The position numbers and the translations under genes are program-made. Below, piece by piece: positions 17,373 to 28,556 of a stretch of 64,000 nucleotides of DNA. The DNA comes from an uncultured Coprobacillus sp. GTDB taxonomy: Bacteria; Bacillota_I; Bacilli_A; ML615J-28; CAG-698. The notes below the pieces were generated by a model, which saw nothing but the letters and a program-made list of their open reading frames with translations, did not search any database and had not been told where the DNA came from. The DNA lies in contig CAYMGD010000007.1 of the NCBI GenBank assembly GCA_964389905.1, positions 483-64,482 of the forward strand. The letters are read 5' to 3'. Within the stretch, counting starts at the first letter, position 1. Every line of letters starts with the position of its first letter.

Positions 17373-19792
17373 TATTTAACTTGTTTTAAATCCCATATCT
17401 TTTCAGCATATTCTTTGATACTTCTATCTGATGAGAATATGCCAGCATGTGCAATATTTACTAAAGACATTTGATTCCACTTTCTTCTATCTTTGTATAA
17501 TTCATTCATACGATAATATACATTCATATAATCATCGAAATCAGCTAAACACATAAATGGATCAGCTACTGGATATTGATTTAACAAATAATTCTTAATC
17601 TTCCAGAAAGATTCACCGTTAAATCCTCTATCTAAACGATCTAAAACCTTACGTATTCTTTCGTTTTGTTCATAATACCCTTTAGCATAATAACCGTTAT
17701 ACCATTTATTCTTTACATCTTCATCTTTCATTCCAAAGATGAAAATATTATCATCGCCTACCGTATCATGAATTTCAACATTAGCACCATCTAGTGTTCC
17801 TAATGTGATTGCCCCATTAATCATAAATTTCATATTGCTTGTTCCACTAGCTTCTTTACCTGCTAAAGATATTTGCTCACTAACTTCACTTGCAGGGATA
17901 AGTACTTCTGCTGAAGTAACATTGTAGTCTTCAACAAAAACAACATTAATCTTTTCCCTTATTTCAGGGCGATTTCTTATTTCGGCAGCAATTGAATTGA
18001 TTAAATGAATAACATCTTTGGCAACATAATATGTTGAGGCTGCTTTTGCTCCAAAAATGAATGTTTGAGGAGTGACAACTTTATTATTATCCTCTTCTAA
18101 TTCAATTATTAAAGCAACAATTCTTAAAACATTCAATAGTTGACGTTTATACTCGTGTAATCTCTTTACTTGAACGTCAAATCTTGTTTTAGGATCAACA
18201 ACAACTCCAAATTTCTTATATAAGTATTTGGCAAAGACGCACTTATTATGATATTTTATTTCTTCTAATTTATTTAAAACTTTATCATCTTCGATATAAT
18301 CAAGTAATTTTAGAAGTTTACTTGCATCAGTTCTATATTCAGTTCCAATTAATTCATCTAAGAATGTGGCAAGTTGCGGATTTGATTGGCATAACCAACG
18401 TCTATAAGCGATACCATTAGTTACATTTACAAACTTGTCTGGATAAATCTTGTAATAACCATTAAATAAACTATTAACAAGAATATTAGTATGCAATGCA
18501 CTAACACCATTAACTTTATTACTTGCGATTACGCAAAGATTTGCCATTCTTACTTCGCCATTATTTATAATTAATAGATCCTTTAATTCTTCTTCTGAAA
18601 CTCCTAAACATCTTGCTTCATCAGCAAAACGTTTATTGATTTGTTTTAAAATCATATAAATACGTGGGATTTTTCTTTGGATAACTTCTTCACTCCATCT
18701 TTCTAAAGCTTCAGCCATTACGGTATGATTTGTATAACATACACAGTTACGTACAATTTTCCAAGCTTCATCAAATGTTAAGCCATATTGGTCCATTAAA
18801 ATACGCATTAATTCGGGAATTGCCAAAGCAGGATGAGTATCATTGATATGGATTACAGAATATTTATCTAGTTTGCGAATATCTCCATAGTAACGCATAT
18901 GGTCAAAAATAATATTTTGGATTGAAGCACTTACTAAAAAGTATTGTTGTTTAAGTCTTAGTACTTTACCTTCATAATGGTCATCAGATGGATACAAAAC
19001 TTTAGTTATTATTTCGGCATCATTATAATCTTTAGTAGCCTTCAAGTAATCGCCTTGCGAGAAGGAATTTAAATCAAAGTTTTTGATATTACGACTTCTC
19101 CAAAGTCTTAATACGCTAATACCATCACTTGTTGCCCCACTTATCATCATATCATAAGGTACAGCTTCAATTTCATTATAATCTTTATAGTCATAAACAG
19201 TTTTGCCATCTAAAAACTTTTCTTCAACGTAACCATCAAACTTTACACTAAATGTTTTATCACGTCTCTTAGCAAGCCATACTTCGCCGCCTGGTAGCCA
19301 AATATCTGGAAGTTCTGTTTGGTAATTATCTACGATTTTTTGTTTGAATAACCCATACTCATAGCGTAATGAGAATCCCATTGCTGGAAGATTCATACTT
19401 GATAATGAGTCGAGATAACATGCTCCAAGACGTCCTAAACCACCATTACCTAAAGCTGCATCAGGTTCTTTTTCACATAAATCATCTAATGTTAAATCAT
19501 AGTTTTTTAGTGCTTCATTTACTTCTTCTGTTTGTCCTAAGTTATATATATTATTTTTTAAGGATTTACCTAGCAAAAATTCCATAGATAAGTAATATAC
19601 TCTCTTTAGCTTTTGATTTCTAACTTTCTCATTATATACTTTTCTTTTAGCTCTAAGAATGTCATTAACTGCTGTTGCTAAAGCTTTGTATATTTGTTCA
19701 ACAGTTGCTTCACTTGCAGTGACACCAAATAGTTGTGCAACCTTGAACTCTATTCTTTCTGTCCAAGTTTTATCCAAAGACTTTATGTCCAT
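17372..19792 (-). CDS. glgP: Glycogen/maltodextrin phosphorylase
   Basis: About 806 aa with typical GT35 sequence (EPDAALGNGGLGRLGAC, GTSNMKF). Start set at ATG 19792 rather than the GTG at 19804. Confidence 0.93.
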   Translation of the reverse strand: MDIKSLDKTWTERIEFKVAQLFGVTASEATVEQIYKALATAVNDILRAKRKVYNEKVRNQKLKRVYYLSMEFLLGKSLKNNIYNLGQTEEVNEALKNYDLTLDDLCEKEPDAALGNGGLGRLGACYLDSLSSMNLPAMGFSLRYEYGLFKQKIVDNYQTELPDIWLPGGEVWLAKRRDKTFSVKFDGYVEEKFLDGKTVYDYKDYNEIEAVPYDMMISGATSDGISVLRLWRSRNIKNFDLNSFSQGDYLKATKDYNDAEIITKVLYPSDDHYEGKVLRLKQQYFLVSASIQNIIFDHMRYYGDIRKLDKYSVIHINDTHPALAIPELMRILMDQYGLTFDEAWKIVRNCVCYTNHTVMAEALERWSEEVIQRKIPRIYMILKQINKRFADEARCLGVSEEELKDLLIINNGEVRMANLCVIASNKVNGVSALHTNILVNSLFNGYYKIYPDKFVNVTNGIAYRRWLCQSNPQLATFLDELIGTEYRTDASKLLKLLDYIEDDKVLNKLEEIKYHNKCVFAKYLYKKFGVVVDPKTRFDVQVKRLHEYKRQLLNVLRIVALIIELEEDNNKVVTPQTFIFGAKAASTYYVAKDVIHLINSIAAEIRNRPEIREKINVVFVEDYNVTSAEVLIPASEVSEQISLAGKEASGTSNMKFMINGAITLGTLDGANVEIHDTVGDDNIFIFGMKDEDVKNKWYNGYYAKGYYEQNERIRKVLDRLDRGFNGESFWKIKNYLLNQYPVADPFMCLADFDDYMNVYYRMNELYKDRRKWNQMSLVNIAHAGIFSSDRSIKEYAEKIWDLKQVK

Positions 19793-19822
19793 AAAAACCA
19801 CCACTTTCTTTTTAGAATATAT

Positions 19823-21265
19823 TTATTTTGTCTTTTTTAAAAGGTTATTATACATCTCAATATATTGTTTTGATGATGCTTCCCAACTGAAATCTTTTTC
19901 CATTGCTCTTTTGATTATTTCTGTAAATTCTTCTTTGTTATTATAGTATAATTCGATAGCTTCTTTACCTTTTTCATATAATTCTTTTGATGAATATTCT
20001 TTAAATACAAAGCCATTACCATTTTCTTTATAATCTGTTATTGTATCATATAAGCCACCAGTAGCTCTAGTAATTGGCAATGAACCATATCTTGAAGCTA
20101 TCATTTGGCTTAAACCACATGGCTCTGATTTTGATGGCATAATAAATAAATCACTTGCAGAATATAATTTACGAGAAAGTATGTTATCAAAAGTAATTAT
20201 AGTTTTAACTTGTTTTGGTCTTTCAATGCTTAATTTCAAGAAAGCATTTTGATATTCAGGTGTTCCTGTTCCTAAAACAACAAATTGGATTCCTAAATCT
20301 AAGAAACCTTTTAGAGCTTCTAATAAAATATCAATGCCCTTATGAGTTGCAAGTCTACTAATAACAACCATTAAACATTTGTTTTCATCAACTTCTAGTC
20401 CTAAATCTTTTTGTAATTGAACTTTATTTTTCTTTTTATTTTCGATTGTTGAAAAGTCATAGTTTTCATAAATATTTATATCTTTACTTGGATCATAACT
20501 TTCAACATTTATGCCATTTAATATTCCTAAGATTTTTTCTTTGTTTGTTCTAATGATATGCTCTAGTCCATGGGCATAAGTTGCCGTAGCTATTTCACGA
20601 GAGTAACGAGGGCTAACTGTTGTAACTTGGTCAGCACAAACTATTGCTGCTTTCATTAGATTTATTAAGCCATTATATTCTAATATTTCTTTGTATTTGT
20701 TTCCGATACCTATTACATCTTCTAAGAATGATGGATCATATATTCCTTGATATTCAATATTATGAATTGTGAATACTGATTTAATATCCATATATATTCC
20801 TTCTTTTTTATAAAGAATGTCTAGATATACATTTGTTAAGGCTGTCTGCCAATCATTAGTATGAATTATATCAGGATAGTAATCTATTATTTCCATAACC
20901 TTGAAAATACTTTTTGAAAAATATGCAAATCTTTCGCCATCATCATAATGTCCATATAATTCTTCACGATTAAAATAATACTTATTATCAACGAAGTAAT
21001 ATTCAATACCATCATATTTCATTGTGAAGACACCTACATACGAGTCACGCCAAGCTAAACTTATTTTACCTTCACCAACAAATTTTAATTTTTTTCCAAA
21101 GTTATCAATTATTTTTTTATATAAAGGCATTACAACTTTTACTTTATAAGATTTTGTTTCATTTGCTATTGCCTTTGGTAAACTTCCAGCCACTTCTGCC
21201 AAACCACCTGTTGCGGCAAAGCCAGAACACTCAGAAGTTACAAATAAGATTTTCTTTTGTTTCAT
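19823..21265 (-). CDS. glgA: Glycogen synthase (ADP-glucose type)
   Basis: N-terminus ILFVTSECSGFAATGGLAEV, GT5-type, 480 aa. Confidence 0.93.
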   Translation of the reverse strand: MKQKKILFVTSECSGFAATGGLAEVAGSLPKAIANETKSYKVKVVMPLYKKIIDNFGKKLKFVGEGKISLAWRDSYVGVFTMKYDGIEYYFVDNKYYFNREELYGHYDDGERFAYFSKSIFKVMEIIDYYPDIIHTNDWQTALTNVYLDILYKKEGIYMDIKSVFTIHNIEYQGIYDPSFLEDVIGIGNKYKEILEYNGLINLMKAAIVCADQVTTVSPRYSREIATATYAHGLEHIIRTNKEKILGILNGINVESYDPSKDINIYENYDFSTIENKKKNKVQLQKDLGLEVDENKCLMVVISRLATHKGIDILLEALKGFLDLGIQFVVLGTGTPEYQNAFLKLSIERPKQVKTIITFDNILSRKLYSASDLFIMPSKSEPCGLSQMIASRYGSLPITRATGGLYDTITDYKENGNGFVFKEYSSKELYEKGKEAIELYYNNKEEFTEIIKRAMEKDFSWEASSKQYIEMYNNLLKKTK

Positions 21266-22377
21266 TATAAAATACCATCCTTTTTTACATAAACTAAATC
21301 ATTGCTTGATCCTTTAATTTCTTTTTTGTTCATTACTTTAACATTTTTATCAGTGATAACATATTCTAATGTTGTTCCTTCTGATACAATTGTATCTTGC
21401 ATCAAAATACAATTTTTTATAACGCAGCCTTTGCCTACTTTAGAACCTCTAAAGATGATAGAATTGACAACTTCACCAGCTATTTCACAGCCATCAGCAA
21501 TCAAAGAGTTAACAACATGATTATCACTATCATATTTAGTTGGAGCAGAGTCTCTTACTTTTGTATATATTGGTCTACCTGGTTCAAAGAATAATTCGCC
21601 TCGCACACCTTTATTTAGTAAATCCATATTTACTTTAAAATATGAATTTAAATCATTTATGCTTCCAAAATAACCCTTGTACTCATAACCATATATGCGA
21701 TAGTTATTTAAATTACGATGTAATATATCGCGATTAAAACTACGGGCATTAGTATTAATAGCTTCACGAATAAGATTTAATAGTAAGCTTTTTTTCATAA
21801 TCCACGTATCAATACTAGCTTTTGCAGCGCCTTGATGTTTACCATCCATATCCATCTTTATGATTCTACCATCACTATCTAGAGTAAATATTTTAGCTGT
21901 TGTAAAATCGCTATCTGAGACATTATGTTCATGATAAACACATGTTATGTCAGCATCTTTACTTAGATGATACTTTACTACATCTTTATAGTCTATATTA
22001 CATACATGATAACAATCTGTCAATAAAACGTAATCAGCTTTTGAGGAATCGATAAAAGGAATAATTCCTTTTATAGCCTCTAATCTTGTTGTGTAAACTT
22101 TATCACTAACTCCATATGGAGGAAGGATAACTAAACCACCTCTTTTACGAGCTAAATCCCATTCTTTTCCAGAACCTAAGTGATCCATTAATGATTGATA
22201 GTTATTTTTAGTGAGTACACCAATATAATTTATACCAGCATTTGTCATATTTGAAAGAGGAAAATCGATTAAACGATAACGGCCTCCAATTGGTGTAGAA
22301 GCAATTGTACGATGTTCAGTTACTTCGAAAGTTTCACGATTATGTATATTTGAAAAAATAAGTCCTAATATTTGCAT
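21265..22377 (-). CDS. glgD: Glucose-1-phosphate adenylyltransferase, GlgD subunit
   Basis: GlgC paralog lacking the GGxGxRL motif (RYRLIDFPLSNMTNAG). Sits in the Firmicute position between glgC and glgA. Confidence 0.85.
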   Translation of the reverse strand: MQILGLIFSNIHNRETFEVTEHRTIASTPIGGRYRLIDFPLSNMTNAGINYIGVLTKNNYQSLMDHLGSGKEWDLARKRGGLVILPPYGVSDKVYTTRLEAIKGIIPFIDSSKADYVLLTDCYHVCNIDYKDVVKYHLSKDADITCVYHEHNVSDSDFTTAKIFTLDSDGRIIKMDMDGKHQGAAKASIDTWIMKKSLLLNLIREAINTNARSFNRDILHRNLNNYRIYGYEYKGYFGSINDLNSYFKVNMDLLNKGVRGELFFEPGRPIYTKVRDSAPTKYDSDNHVVNSLIADGCEIAGEVVNSIIFRGSKVGKGCVIKNCILMQDTIVSEGTTLEYVITDKNVKVMNKKEIKGSSNDLVYVKKDGIL

Positions 22378-22379
22378 AA

Positions 22380-23573
22380 TTATTCCTCAACATCTTTCTC
22401 AATCATTGAACCAGCTTTAATAACCGCATTATCTTTTACTGTTATACCGCTAGCAATAACTGTAATATCTTTTTTGCTTTTCGCAGTTTCGCCAATCTTA
22501 ACATTTTCACCAATAGTTACGTTTTCCGCAATTATACTATATTTTATCACAGCATTATCTTCTATTGTTACATTATCATATATGATACTATTTTCAATAA
22601 TTGCATTTGATTTAATTCTAACATTTTGACCAATTAAAGAATTTGTTAGTTTTCCTTCTATATAAGATCCTGATGCTAACAAACAATTATCTAAACTTGA
22701 GCCATCAGCTAGAAAATGTGGTGGATAAGGTTCATTACGAGAATAAAACTTCCACGATTTATCAAAAATATCAAAGTTAGGATTTCTTCCCAATAAGTCC
22801 ATATTAGCTTCCCATAAGCTTTCGATTGTTCCAACATCTTTCCAATATCCTCTGAAAGGATAAGCATACATCTTTAATCCATCATTTAACATATTAGGAA
22901 TAATGTTTTTTCCGAAATCGTTACTTGATTTTTCATCTTTCTCATCTTTTTCTAAATATTTATATAAAGTTTTAGCATTAAAAATATAAATTCCCATACT
23001 AGCACTAGTGCTTTTAGGTTTAGCAGGTTTTTCTTCAAATTCATATATGCTTAAATCATCATTAGTATTCATAATTCCAAAGCGACTTGCTTCTTTCAAA
23101 TCAACATCGATAACAGCAATAGTTGCTTCTCCACCTTTTTGTTTATGATAATCAAGCATTTGATTATAATCCATACGATAAATATGGTCTCCCGAAAGAA
23201 TAAGAACATACTCTGGATCGTACATTTTAATAAAATTGATATTTTGATAAATGGCATTAGCCGTACCTTTGTACCAATTTGTTGTCTTCTTTCCTTGATA
23301 TGGTGGTAAAATATGAACCCCACCAAATGTTCTATCTAAGTCCCATGGTTGACCATTCCCAATGTATTCATTGAGAACGAGAGGTTGGTATTGAGTAAGC
23401 ACTCCAACAGTATCAATACCTGAATTAACACAATTTGAAAGAGGAAAATCAATTATTTTGTACTTTGCACCAAAACTTACGGCAGGTTTGGCAACAGTAT
23501 TAGTAAGTGCATATAAACGACTTCCCTGTCCACCAGCTAAAAGCATTGCAACACATTCTTTTTTGTTTAGCAT
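22380..23573 (-). CDS. glgC: Glucose-1-phosphate adenylyltransferase
   Basis: [20 protein letters not shown]-terminal left-handed beta-helix repeats. Confidence 0.93.
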   Translation of the reverse strand: MLNKKECVAMLLAGGQGSRLYALTNTVAKPAVSFGAKYKIIDFPLSNCVNSGIDTVGVLTQYQPLVLNEYIGNGQPWDLDRTFGGVHILPPYQGKKTTNWYKGTANAIYQNINFIKMYDPEYVLILSGDHIYRMDYNQMLDYHKQKGGEATIAVIDVDLKEASRFGIMNTNDDLSIYEFEEKPAKPKSTSASMGIYIFNAKTLYKYLEKDEKDEKSSNDFGKNIIPNMLNDGLKMYAYPFRGYWKDVGTIESLWEANMDLLGRNPNFDIFDKSWKFYSRNEPYPPHFLADGSSLDNCLLASGSYIEGKLTNSLIGQNVRIKSNAIIENSIIYDNVTIEDNAVIKYSIIAENVTIGENVKIGETAKSKKDITVIASGITVKDNAVIKAGSMIEKDVEE

Positions 23574-23622
23574 TTTTTTATACCTTTCTTTTATTATTAT
23601 AACCTTACATTTTAGATATTTC

Positions 23623-25458
23623 TTAGTACTTTTTTTCTATCAACAAAGCTGAAAATTTAGGAATATCTAATTTTAATACTCCTTTTAAGGCTTCTAATTC
23701 TTTACCTTTAAAAGTTTCTTGTCCTCCATATTTATACTCATCTGAACTAAGCAATATTTTGTATTTGCCTTTAAGTGATTGATGATGTATTTCATAATTA
23801 TATAAATCAGCACCTGAAAAATTCAATATGACAATGAGATCTTTTTTATCTTTGTATTTTCTTCTATATACATAGGTATTATGATCTCTATCATCAGCAT
23901 ATATCCAATCAAATCCATCCCAACTATTATCAATTGCATATAAATTTTCTCTATTTAAGTATAAATGATTTAATTTCTTTACATATTGTTGTAACTCGCT
24001 ATGTCTTGGATATTTAAGCAAGAACCAGTCAAGTTCTTTCTTCTCATCCCATTCGATAAATTGTCCAAATTCTCCGCCCATAAATAAAAGTTTTTTTCCT
24101 GGATGAGTCATCATATATGTTAAATAGACTCTAAGATTAGCAAACTTCTCATCGTAACTGCCTGGCATTTTATCGACTAATGACTTTTTACCATGAACCA
24201 CTTCATCATGAGAAAGAGGTAATATGTAATTTTCACTAAATGCATATGACATAGCAAATGTCATTTTATTGTGGTCATATCTTTTAAATAAAGGATCAAC
24301 TTTCATATAAGATAAAGTATCATTCATCCATCCCATACTCCATTTAAAGTTAAAACCTAACCCACCTTCATATACTGGATGAGTAACTTTGGGAAAAGCA
24401 GTTGACTCTTCAGCAATCATTAAGATGTTTCCATGTCTTTGGAACATTTCATAGTTTAAAGTTTTAATAAATTCAATAGCTTCAAGATTATGATTACCAC
24501 CATATATATTTGGTATCCATTCTTTATGATCATAGTCTAAATAAAGCATTGCGGCAACGGCATCAACACGCAAGCCATCAATGTGATATTTTTCAAAAAA
24601 CAAATTAGCACTTGAAAGCAAAAACGACTTTACTTCTGGTTTACTATAATTAAATACTCTAGTACCCCATGTTGGATATTCAATGCGAGTTGGGCGAGGA
24701 TCTTCGTATAAGCACTCTCCATCAAACTCATAAAGAGCAAATCCATCTTTAGGAAAATGAGCAGGAACCCAATCCATAATAACCCCAATGCCATTTTGAT
24801 GAGCCAAATCAACAAAATACATAAAATCATCTGGCAAGCCATATCGTGAGGTAGGACTGAAGTATCCCGTAACTTGATATCCCCAACTTCCAACAAAAGG
24901 ATATTCGGTAATTGGCATTAACTCTACATAGTTATAACCCATTTTCTTTAAATAAGGAATAAGCTTTTCACCAATTGTTCGATAGTTATAATTATATCCT
25001 TTTTTATGTTTTTTCCATGCTCCTAAGTTAACTTCATATATGTTCATCGGACTAGAATAAACATTTTTTTGATTACGTAATGTCATCCATTCTTCATCAA
25101 GCCATTTATAATTGTCAATTGAATATACTTTTGATGAAGTCCCTCCATCAGTTTCAGAATGTTTACTGTATGGATCTTGTTTTAAAATCCTTTTATTGCC
25201 ATTAAAAATAGCATATTTATAATTATCAAAAATCTTTATGTCAGGAATAACCGCTTCCCATATGCCTAAGTCATCAATTTTTGTCATTGGATTTTTAGTG
25301 TCATCCCAAGAATTAAAATCGCCAACTACACTTACTTTAAAGGCATGTGGAGCATAGACTCTAAAAGTAGTTTGTTTTTCTTCATAAAATGAGCCTAAAT
25401 ATTCATATGCCTCAACAGAATAAATACTATGAAACTGTTTTATAAAATCATTAAGCAT
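23623..25458 (-). CDS. glgB: 1,4-alpha-glucan branching enzyme
   Basis: GH13_9-type sequence ([28 protein letters not shown]), 611 aa. Confidence 0.93.
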   Translation of the reverse strand: MLNDFIKQFHSIYSVEAYEYLGSFYEEKQTTFRVYAPHAFKVSVVGDFNSWDDTKNPMTKIDDLGIWEAVIPDIKIFDNYKYAIFNGNKRILKQDPYSKHSETDGGTSSKVYSIDNYKWLDEEWMTLRNQKNVYSSPMNIYEVNLGAWKKHKKGYNYNYRTIGEKLIPYLKKMGYNYVELMPITEYPFVGSWGYQVTGYFSPTSRYGLPDDFMYFVDLAHQNGIGVIMDWVPAHFPKDGFALYEFDGECLYEDPRPTRIEYPTWGTRVFNYSKPEVKSFLLSSANLFFEKYHIDGLRVDAVAAMLYLDYDHKEWIPNIYGGNHNLEAIEFIKTLNYEMFQRHGNILMIAEESTAFPKVTHPVYEGGLGFNFKWSMGWMNDTLSYMKVDPLFKRYDHNKMTFAMSYAFSENYILPLSHDEVVHGKKSLVDKMPGSYDEKFANLRVYLTYMMTHPGKKLLFMGGEFGQFIEWDEKKELDWFLLKYPRHSELQQYVKKLNHLYLNRENLYAIDNSWDGFDWIYADDRDHNTYVYRRKYKDKKDLIVILNFSGADLYNYEIHHQSLKGKYKILLSSDEYKYGGQETFKGKELEALKGVLKLDIPKFSALLIEKKY

Positions 25459-25477
25459 TGTCAGTACCTCTAATATA

Positions 25478-25506
25478 ATTATACCAAAAATTACTATTTT
25501 TTACAA
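25478..25506 (-). promoter_or_regulatory. Putative glg operon promoter
   Basis: Minus strand reads TTGTAA (25506-25501), a 17-nt spacer ending in TGG, then TATAAT (25483-25478). Confidence 0.5.
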
Positions 25507-25522
25507 GTATATTAAAATAATA

Positions 25523-25557
25523 AAAAACACAGATAGTACAATTTGTACATCCGCGTT
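25523..25557 (-). terminator. Rho-independent terminator after the kinase gene
   Basis: Minus strand reads ACGCGGATGTACA-aat-TGTACTATCTGTGT (GU pairs, one bulge) followed by TTTTTT. Confidence 0.55.
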
Positions 25558-25612
25558 TATTATATCATAGTTGATAGTCGAAAAATGTCGATTTATATCG
25601 AATGATTATTTC

Positions 25613-27262
25613 CTAGTTTTCGTCAAAGTTATAAAAACAACTTAAACCAATAAATTCTCTAAGTAGCGAGTTACAAGGAACATATTTATCATCTATATCA
25701 AGAATGTATTTTAAGAATTTAAGAATTCTATTAGCTTGAATAAAATATTCATCATCTCTTCCAATTACCGATAAAGCTTTCACTGCATACTTTTTCATAA
25801 CTCCTAATTCGTATGTTAGTTCGGTATTAAATACATAATCTGCTTCTTCTTGACAAGGATAAATCCATTTAAATTCCCCTCTTCTAACACTTGGCCACAT
25901 TGCAAAAGTATCTGATGGATTAGTTTTGCGATATTTTGCGTCACGAACTATACGTCTTAAAAGGCGTATTTCTGAAGCAGGAATAGGATTATGATCATCA
26001 ATATTTATTTGAGAGAACGGACTAATAAATATTTTGTACTTTTGTGGCTTAGGGATTAATTCGGTAACTTTTTCATTTAGAGCATGAATGCCTTCTATTA
26101 TTATAATAGTATCTTTATTAATTTTAACCTTGCTTCCTTCTTCTCTTTTACCTTTTTTAAAATTAAAAACAGGTTCTATTATTTCTTCTCCTTCGATTAA
26201 GGAAAGAAGGTTTTCATTAAATAATTCTAAATCTAAAGCATTTAAATGTTCTAAATCATATTCGCCTTTTTCATCTTTTGGGCACTCATCACGATTGCGA
26301 TAATAATCATCCATTGATATCTTTATTGTTTTTAATCCTCTACTCATAAGCTCAATTCGTAAACGATGAGAGAAAGTAGTTTTACCGCTTGATGATGGTC
26401 CTGCAATGCAAACTAAACGAAGTGATTCTCGTCTTTTATATATTTCTTCACCTAATTCTGAAAGCATATTATTATGTTTAGTTTCACACATATTAACTAA
26501 ATCAACAACTTTATTTTCGGCAATATATTTATTAAGCATTGGTATGTTTTCACATTTGCAGATTCTAGCCCACTTCTGAGCATCTTGAATCATTTGTTGG
26601 AAAACAGGAGCTTCCTCAAACGGAGGAATAAGCCCTTTACATTCTGCTCTTGGAAAACGAACAATGAAACCAGGATAATACACCTGCAAAATGAAATCCT
26701 TTAGAAGGCCCGTTGAAGGTACCATATAGCCAAACATATAATTAACATAATCATCACAAGAGTAAATGTTAACTGTTTCTTCAGGACGATATTTTAGAAC
26801 TTCTACTTTATCTAAATATCCTTTTTCCGTGTAGATTTTTATTGCTTCTTCTTTAGTAATAGTTTTTCTAATTATAGGAAAATCCTTTTCTACAATTCTT
26901 CGCATTTCTTTTTCCAATTTATTGATAAATGATTGTGATACTTTGTAATTAGTATTTGAAATAGTACATGAAATAGAACGAGAAATACATTGATTAAAGT
27001 GTACTTTTATATTTGAATCAATCTTTTCGAGAGCCATTATAACAAGATAACGTAAACTTGTTTCATAGATTCTCACAGCATCAAACTTACTTAAATCAAT
27101 AAATTCAACTTCACAGTTATAGTTAACATAATAATTTAATTCTCGCAAACGATTATTAACTTTAGCAGCTATGGCATTAGGCATAAAGTCTTTTGCTAAA
27201 TCTTTTAATACAATTTTATCATTAAAAGAATAGTTATTATTATTAATCTTTATTATGAACAT
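25613..27262 (-). CDS. Uridine-kinase/phosphoribulokinase-family nucleoside kinase with long N-terminal (TGS/ThrRS-like) extension
   Basis: P-loop GPSSSGKTT in the C-terminal half. The 549-aa architecture is recalled from Firmicute long Udk-like proteins. Confidence 0.7.
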   Translation of the reverse strand: MFIIKINNNNYSFNDKIVLKDLAKDFMPNAIAAKVNNRLRELNYYVNYNCEVEFIDLSKFDAVRIYETSLRYLVIMALEKIDSNIKVHFNQCISRSISCTISNTNYKVSQSFINKLEKEMRRIVEKDFPIIRKTITKEEAIKIYTEKGYLDKVEVLKYRPEETVNIYSCDDYVNYMFGYMVPSTGLLKDFILQVYYPGFIVRFPRAECKGLIPPFEEAPVFQQMIQDAQKWARICKCENIPMLNKYIAENKVVDLVNMCETKHNNMLSELGEEIYKRRESLRLVCIAGPSSSGKTTFSHRLRIELMSRGLKTIKISMDDYYRNRDECPKDEKGEYDLEHLNALDLELFNENLLSLIEGEEIIEPVFNFKKGKREEGSKVKINKDTIIIIEGIHALNEKVTELIPKPQKYKIFISPFSQINIDDHNPIPASEIRLLRRIVRDAKYRKTNPSDTFAMWPSVRRGEFKWIYPCQEEADYVFNTELTYELGVMKKYAVKALSVIGRDDEYFIQANRILKFLKYILDIDDKYVPCNSLLREFIGLSCFYNFDEN

Positions 27263-27278
27263 AATTTCTCCTTTCTTT

Positions 27279-27304
27279 GAAAAAAAGTCAAGAGATCTTG
27301 ACTT
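27279..27304 (-). terminator. Terminator hairpin after rplT
   Basis: Minus strand reads AAGTCAAG-atct-CTTGACTT followed by seven T. Overlaps the rplT stop. Confidence 0.6.
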
Positions 27305-27776
27305 ATTTATCTGCGTTTCTTAATTCTCTTGCTTTAGCAACTTCAGCCTTACGAGCTTCTTCAATTCTAACTTTTTCAGCGTGTTCAGCATGTTGTTTAG
27401 CTTTAATAGCATCATAATGTGCATTAATGCTTTCTTTAACAGAATTACAAATTGAAGCAAATTTTTCAGGTTCGTTGATAGCAAGTTCTGAAAGCATTTT
27501 ACGATTAATTTGGATATTAGCAATTTTTAATCCATACATTAATTTGTTATAAGATAATCCATTGATTCTAGCTGCTGCATTAATACGAGCAATCCATAAT
27601 CTACGGAAATCTCTTTTTCTACGTTTACGATCTCTGTAAGCGTATGATAATGATTTCATAACTTGTTGATTAGCAGTTTTATATAAAGTATGTTTTGATC
27701 CAAAGTAACCTTTGGCTAATTTTAAAATTCTATTACGTCTTCTTCTAGTAACGTAACCACCTTTAACACGTGGCAT
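27303..27776 (-). CDS. rplT: 50S ribosomal protein L20 with a roughly 40-aa K/E/A-rich C-terminal extension
   Basis: [26 protein letters not shown]... is canonical L20. AAGGAGG RBS. Confidence 0.95.
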   Translation of the reverse strand: MPRVKGGYVTRRRRNRILKLAKGYFGSKHTLYKTANQQVMKSLSYAYRDRKRRKRDFRRLWIARINAAARINGLSYNKLMYGLKIANIQINRKMLSELAINEPEKFASICNSVKESINAHYDAIKAKQHAEHAEKVRIEEARKAEVAKARELRNADK

Positions 27777-27799
27777 AATTGGTTCCTCCTTTTATTATT

Positions 27800-28000
27800 T
27801 TATTTGATATTAGCTATTTGTTGTCTAATACGATGTAAGTCAGCTACTTTTACAGTAGACTCTTTACGTAAATGTCTAATTCTCTTTTGTGTTTTACCAG
27901 GTGCTAAATGGCTAGTTCCTGGACGACTTCTCATAATTAATCCAGTACCTGAAACTCTGAAACGTTTTTTAGTACCGCTATGTGATCTCATTTTTGGCAT
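27800..28000 (-). CDS. rpmI: 50S ribosomal protein L35
   Basis: MPKMRSHSGTKKRF.... Start at ATG 28000 after AAGGAG. The upstream 13 codons of the ORF track were rejected. Confidence 0.93.
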   Translation of the reverse strand: MPKMRSHSGTKKRFRVSGTGLIMRSRPGTSHLAPGKTQKRIRHLRKESTVKVADLHRIRQQIANIK

Positions 28001-28019
28001 AATTTTCGCACTCCTTATA

Positions 28020-28556
28020 TTATTTAGTTTTTTTAGCAACTAGGATAATTCCTGTTTTCTTATCGCCTTGTGACGTAACCGATTCAACAACAGAAACATC
28101 AGCTAAAGCTTCTTTAAATCTATCTAAAACTCTTGTTGATGAATCCATTTGTAATAATCTTTTCTTTCCACGTGGGTAGAATAATGTGATTTTAACTTTG
28201 CAATCATCAGCTAAAAATTCTCGACAGTTTTTAACTTTTACTTCGAAATCATTTTCACCAATAACTGGAGAAACACGAATTTCTTTCACAACAATCATTT
28301 TTTGATTTTTTTTGTTCTCCTTTGCACGTCTTTGCATATCATAACAATATTTACGATAATCCATAAAACGACATACAGGAACTTTTGCATTAGGTGCAAC
28401 ACATACAAGATCTAACTCTTCTGCATTAGCAGCACTAATTGCTTCTTCTAGCTTCAATTCACCTCTGTTTTCCCCATTGGCATCAATAACCAATACAGTA
28501 CTTGCAGGGATATCATAATTAGCTAATGGTTTGTTCTTGTCTAATTCTTTACTAAT
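28020..28556 (-). CDS. infC: Translation initiation factor IF-3, ATT start codon
   Basis: IF-3 N- and C-domains (DLVCVAPNAKVPVCRFMDYRKY, KEIRVSP). AGGAGG lies 8 nt upstream of ATT at 28556-28554. A non-AUG start is the established norm for infC. Confidence 0.9.
   Translation of the reverse strand: MSKELDKNKPLANYDIPASTVLVIDANGENRGELKLEEAISAANAEELDLVCVAPNAKVPVCRFMDYRKYCYDMQRRAKENKKNQKMIVVKEIRVSPVIGENDFEVKVKNCREFLADDCKVKITLFYPRGKKRLLQMDSSTRVLDRFKEALADVSVVESVTSQGDKKTGIILVAKKTK

Noticed and set aside
19793-19804. GTG start giving MVVF extension on glgP
   Set aside because: The ATG at 19792 follows a purine-rich GTGGTGG SD-like stretch. The extension adds nothing conserved.
23096-23326. Nested same-strand, out-of-frame minus-strand ORFs inside glgC, glgB, rplT and the GH13 gene (23096-23326, 24630-24896, 27320-27523, 16415-16618)
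   Set aside because: They are out-of-frame overlaps within strongly conserved genes, with no independent signals.
25536-25548. 13-nt palindrome GTACAATTTGTAC upstream of the glg promoter, considered as a cre/operator site
   Set aside because: It does not match the cre consensus. It forms the tip of a longer hairpin followed by a T-run on the minus strand, so it is better explained as the terminator of the upstream kinase gene.
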